Assembly: GCF_039654945.1 (NCBI RefSeq)
Contig: NW_027361798.1
Location: forward strand, 3,906,001 to 3,970,000
From: Dendrobates tinctorius
Taxonomy: Eukaryota
DNA: 64,000 nt
Reading direction: 5' to 3'
Made by a program: the position numbers and the translations under genes. Shown one piece after another: positions 63,143 to 64,000 of this stretch. Below the pieces are notes generated by a model that had not been told where the DNA came from, did no database searches, and was given only the letters and a program-made list of their open reading frames with translations. Positions within the stretch are counted from its first letter, which is position 1; the number at the start of each line of letters is the position of its first letter.

Positions 63143-64000
63143 AAACTACATCAGATTTTACACTTGCTCCAAGTAGGCCTCAGCCTACTCCATGATTGAC
63201 CCTGTGCTCCAACACTGCCAGTTGCTGCTCAGAAGTGCCGTCTGCACAGAGAAAAACACTAGCTCCTGTGTTAGTGGGGTTCAGTAACGCCAGCTGCTCC
63301 CCTGCTGTGTGTCCGGCAAAGTCTCCTGCTGCCTCCACATTCAAACTACATCAGATAAAAAAAACTTGCTCCAAGTAGGCTTCAGCTTAAACCCTGATTA
63401 AACCTGGGCTCCAACACCGCCAGTTGTTGCTCAGAAGTGCCATCTGCACAGAGAAAAACACTACCTCCTGTGTTAGTGGGGTTCAGTAACGCCAGCTGCT
63501 CCCCTGCTGTGTGTCCGGCAAAGTCTCCTGCTGCCTCCACATTCAAACTACATCAGATATAAAACTTGCTCCAAGTAGGCCTGAGCCTAAACCCTGATTG
63601 AACCTGGGCTCCAACACCGCCAGTTGTTGCTCACAAGTGCCGGCTGCAGAGAATAACACTAGCTCCTGTGTTAGTGGGGTTCAGTAATGCCAGCTCCTCC
63701 CCTGCTGTGTGTCCGGCAAAGTCTCCTGCTGCCTCCACATTCAAACTACATCAGATATAAAACTTGCTCCAAGTAGGCCTCAGCCTAAACCCTGATTGAA
63801 CCTAGGCTCCAACACCACCAGCTGTTGCTCAGAAGTGCCATCTGCACAGAGAAAAACACTAGCTCCTGTGTTAGTGGGGTTCAGTAACGCCAGCTGCTCC
63901 CCTACTGTGTGTCCAGCAAAGTCTCCTGCTGCCTCCACATTCAAGCTACATCAGATAAAAAAAACTTGCTCCAAGTAGGCTTCAGCTTAAACCCTGATTA
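63143..64000 (+). repeat. ~200-bp tandem repeat in the hAT 3' region
   Basis: Units start near 63207, 63409, 63609 and 63807. Confidence 0.92.

Larger units (their letters stand above)
42732..64000 (+). mobile_element. hAT copy 2, expanded by nested insertions and running off the window
   Basis: Left terminus TAGTGTTTAGC; colinear with copy 1; its 3' tandem repeats resume at about 63143. Confidence 0.9.

Overview
Vertebrate DNA, most likely from a frog (inferred from the transposon families and the histone sequences). The window is a replication-dependent histone cluster: H4(+) ... psi-H2A(-)/H2B(+), H3(-), H1(-), H4(+). It is embedded in a 32-bp satellite and heavily invaded by nested mobile elements. 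These comprise a two-gene PIF/Harbinger element, two dead copies of a BED-finger hAT at the same site, three near-identical CR1 LINEs, four Gypsy-type LTR insertions (two with integrase chromodomains, one a solo LTR), two non-autonomous hATs (one a large hairpin), and an intact DD36E Tc1. The most unusual signal is a 1.7-kb minisatellite between H1 and H3. It is built from the H1 3'-processing signal itself: about 49 tandem copies of the stem 3' half, the cleavage site and a 9-nt U7-snRNA-complementary HDE. Other highlights are tRNA-independent self-priming signatures in two LTR families with different primer sequences, a conserved internal decoy of the priming site, four-level transposon nesting, a duplicated H2A processing signal and an orphan E2F/CHR/CCAAT promoter module. 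Boundaries were read by eye and may be off by a few bases; no database searches were run.
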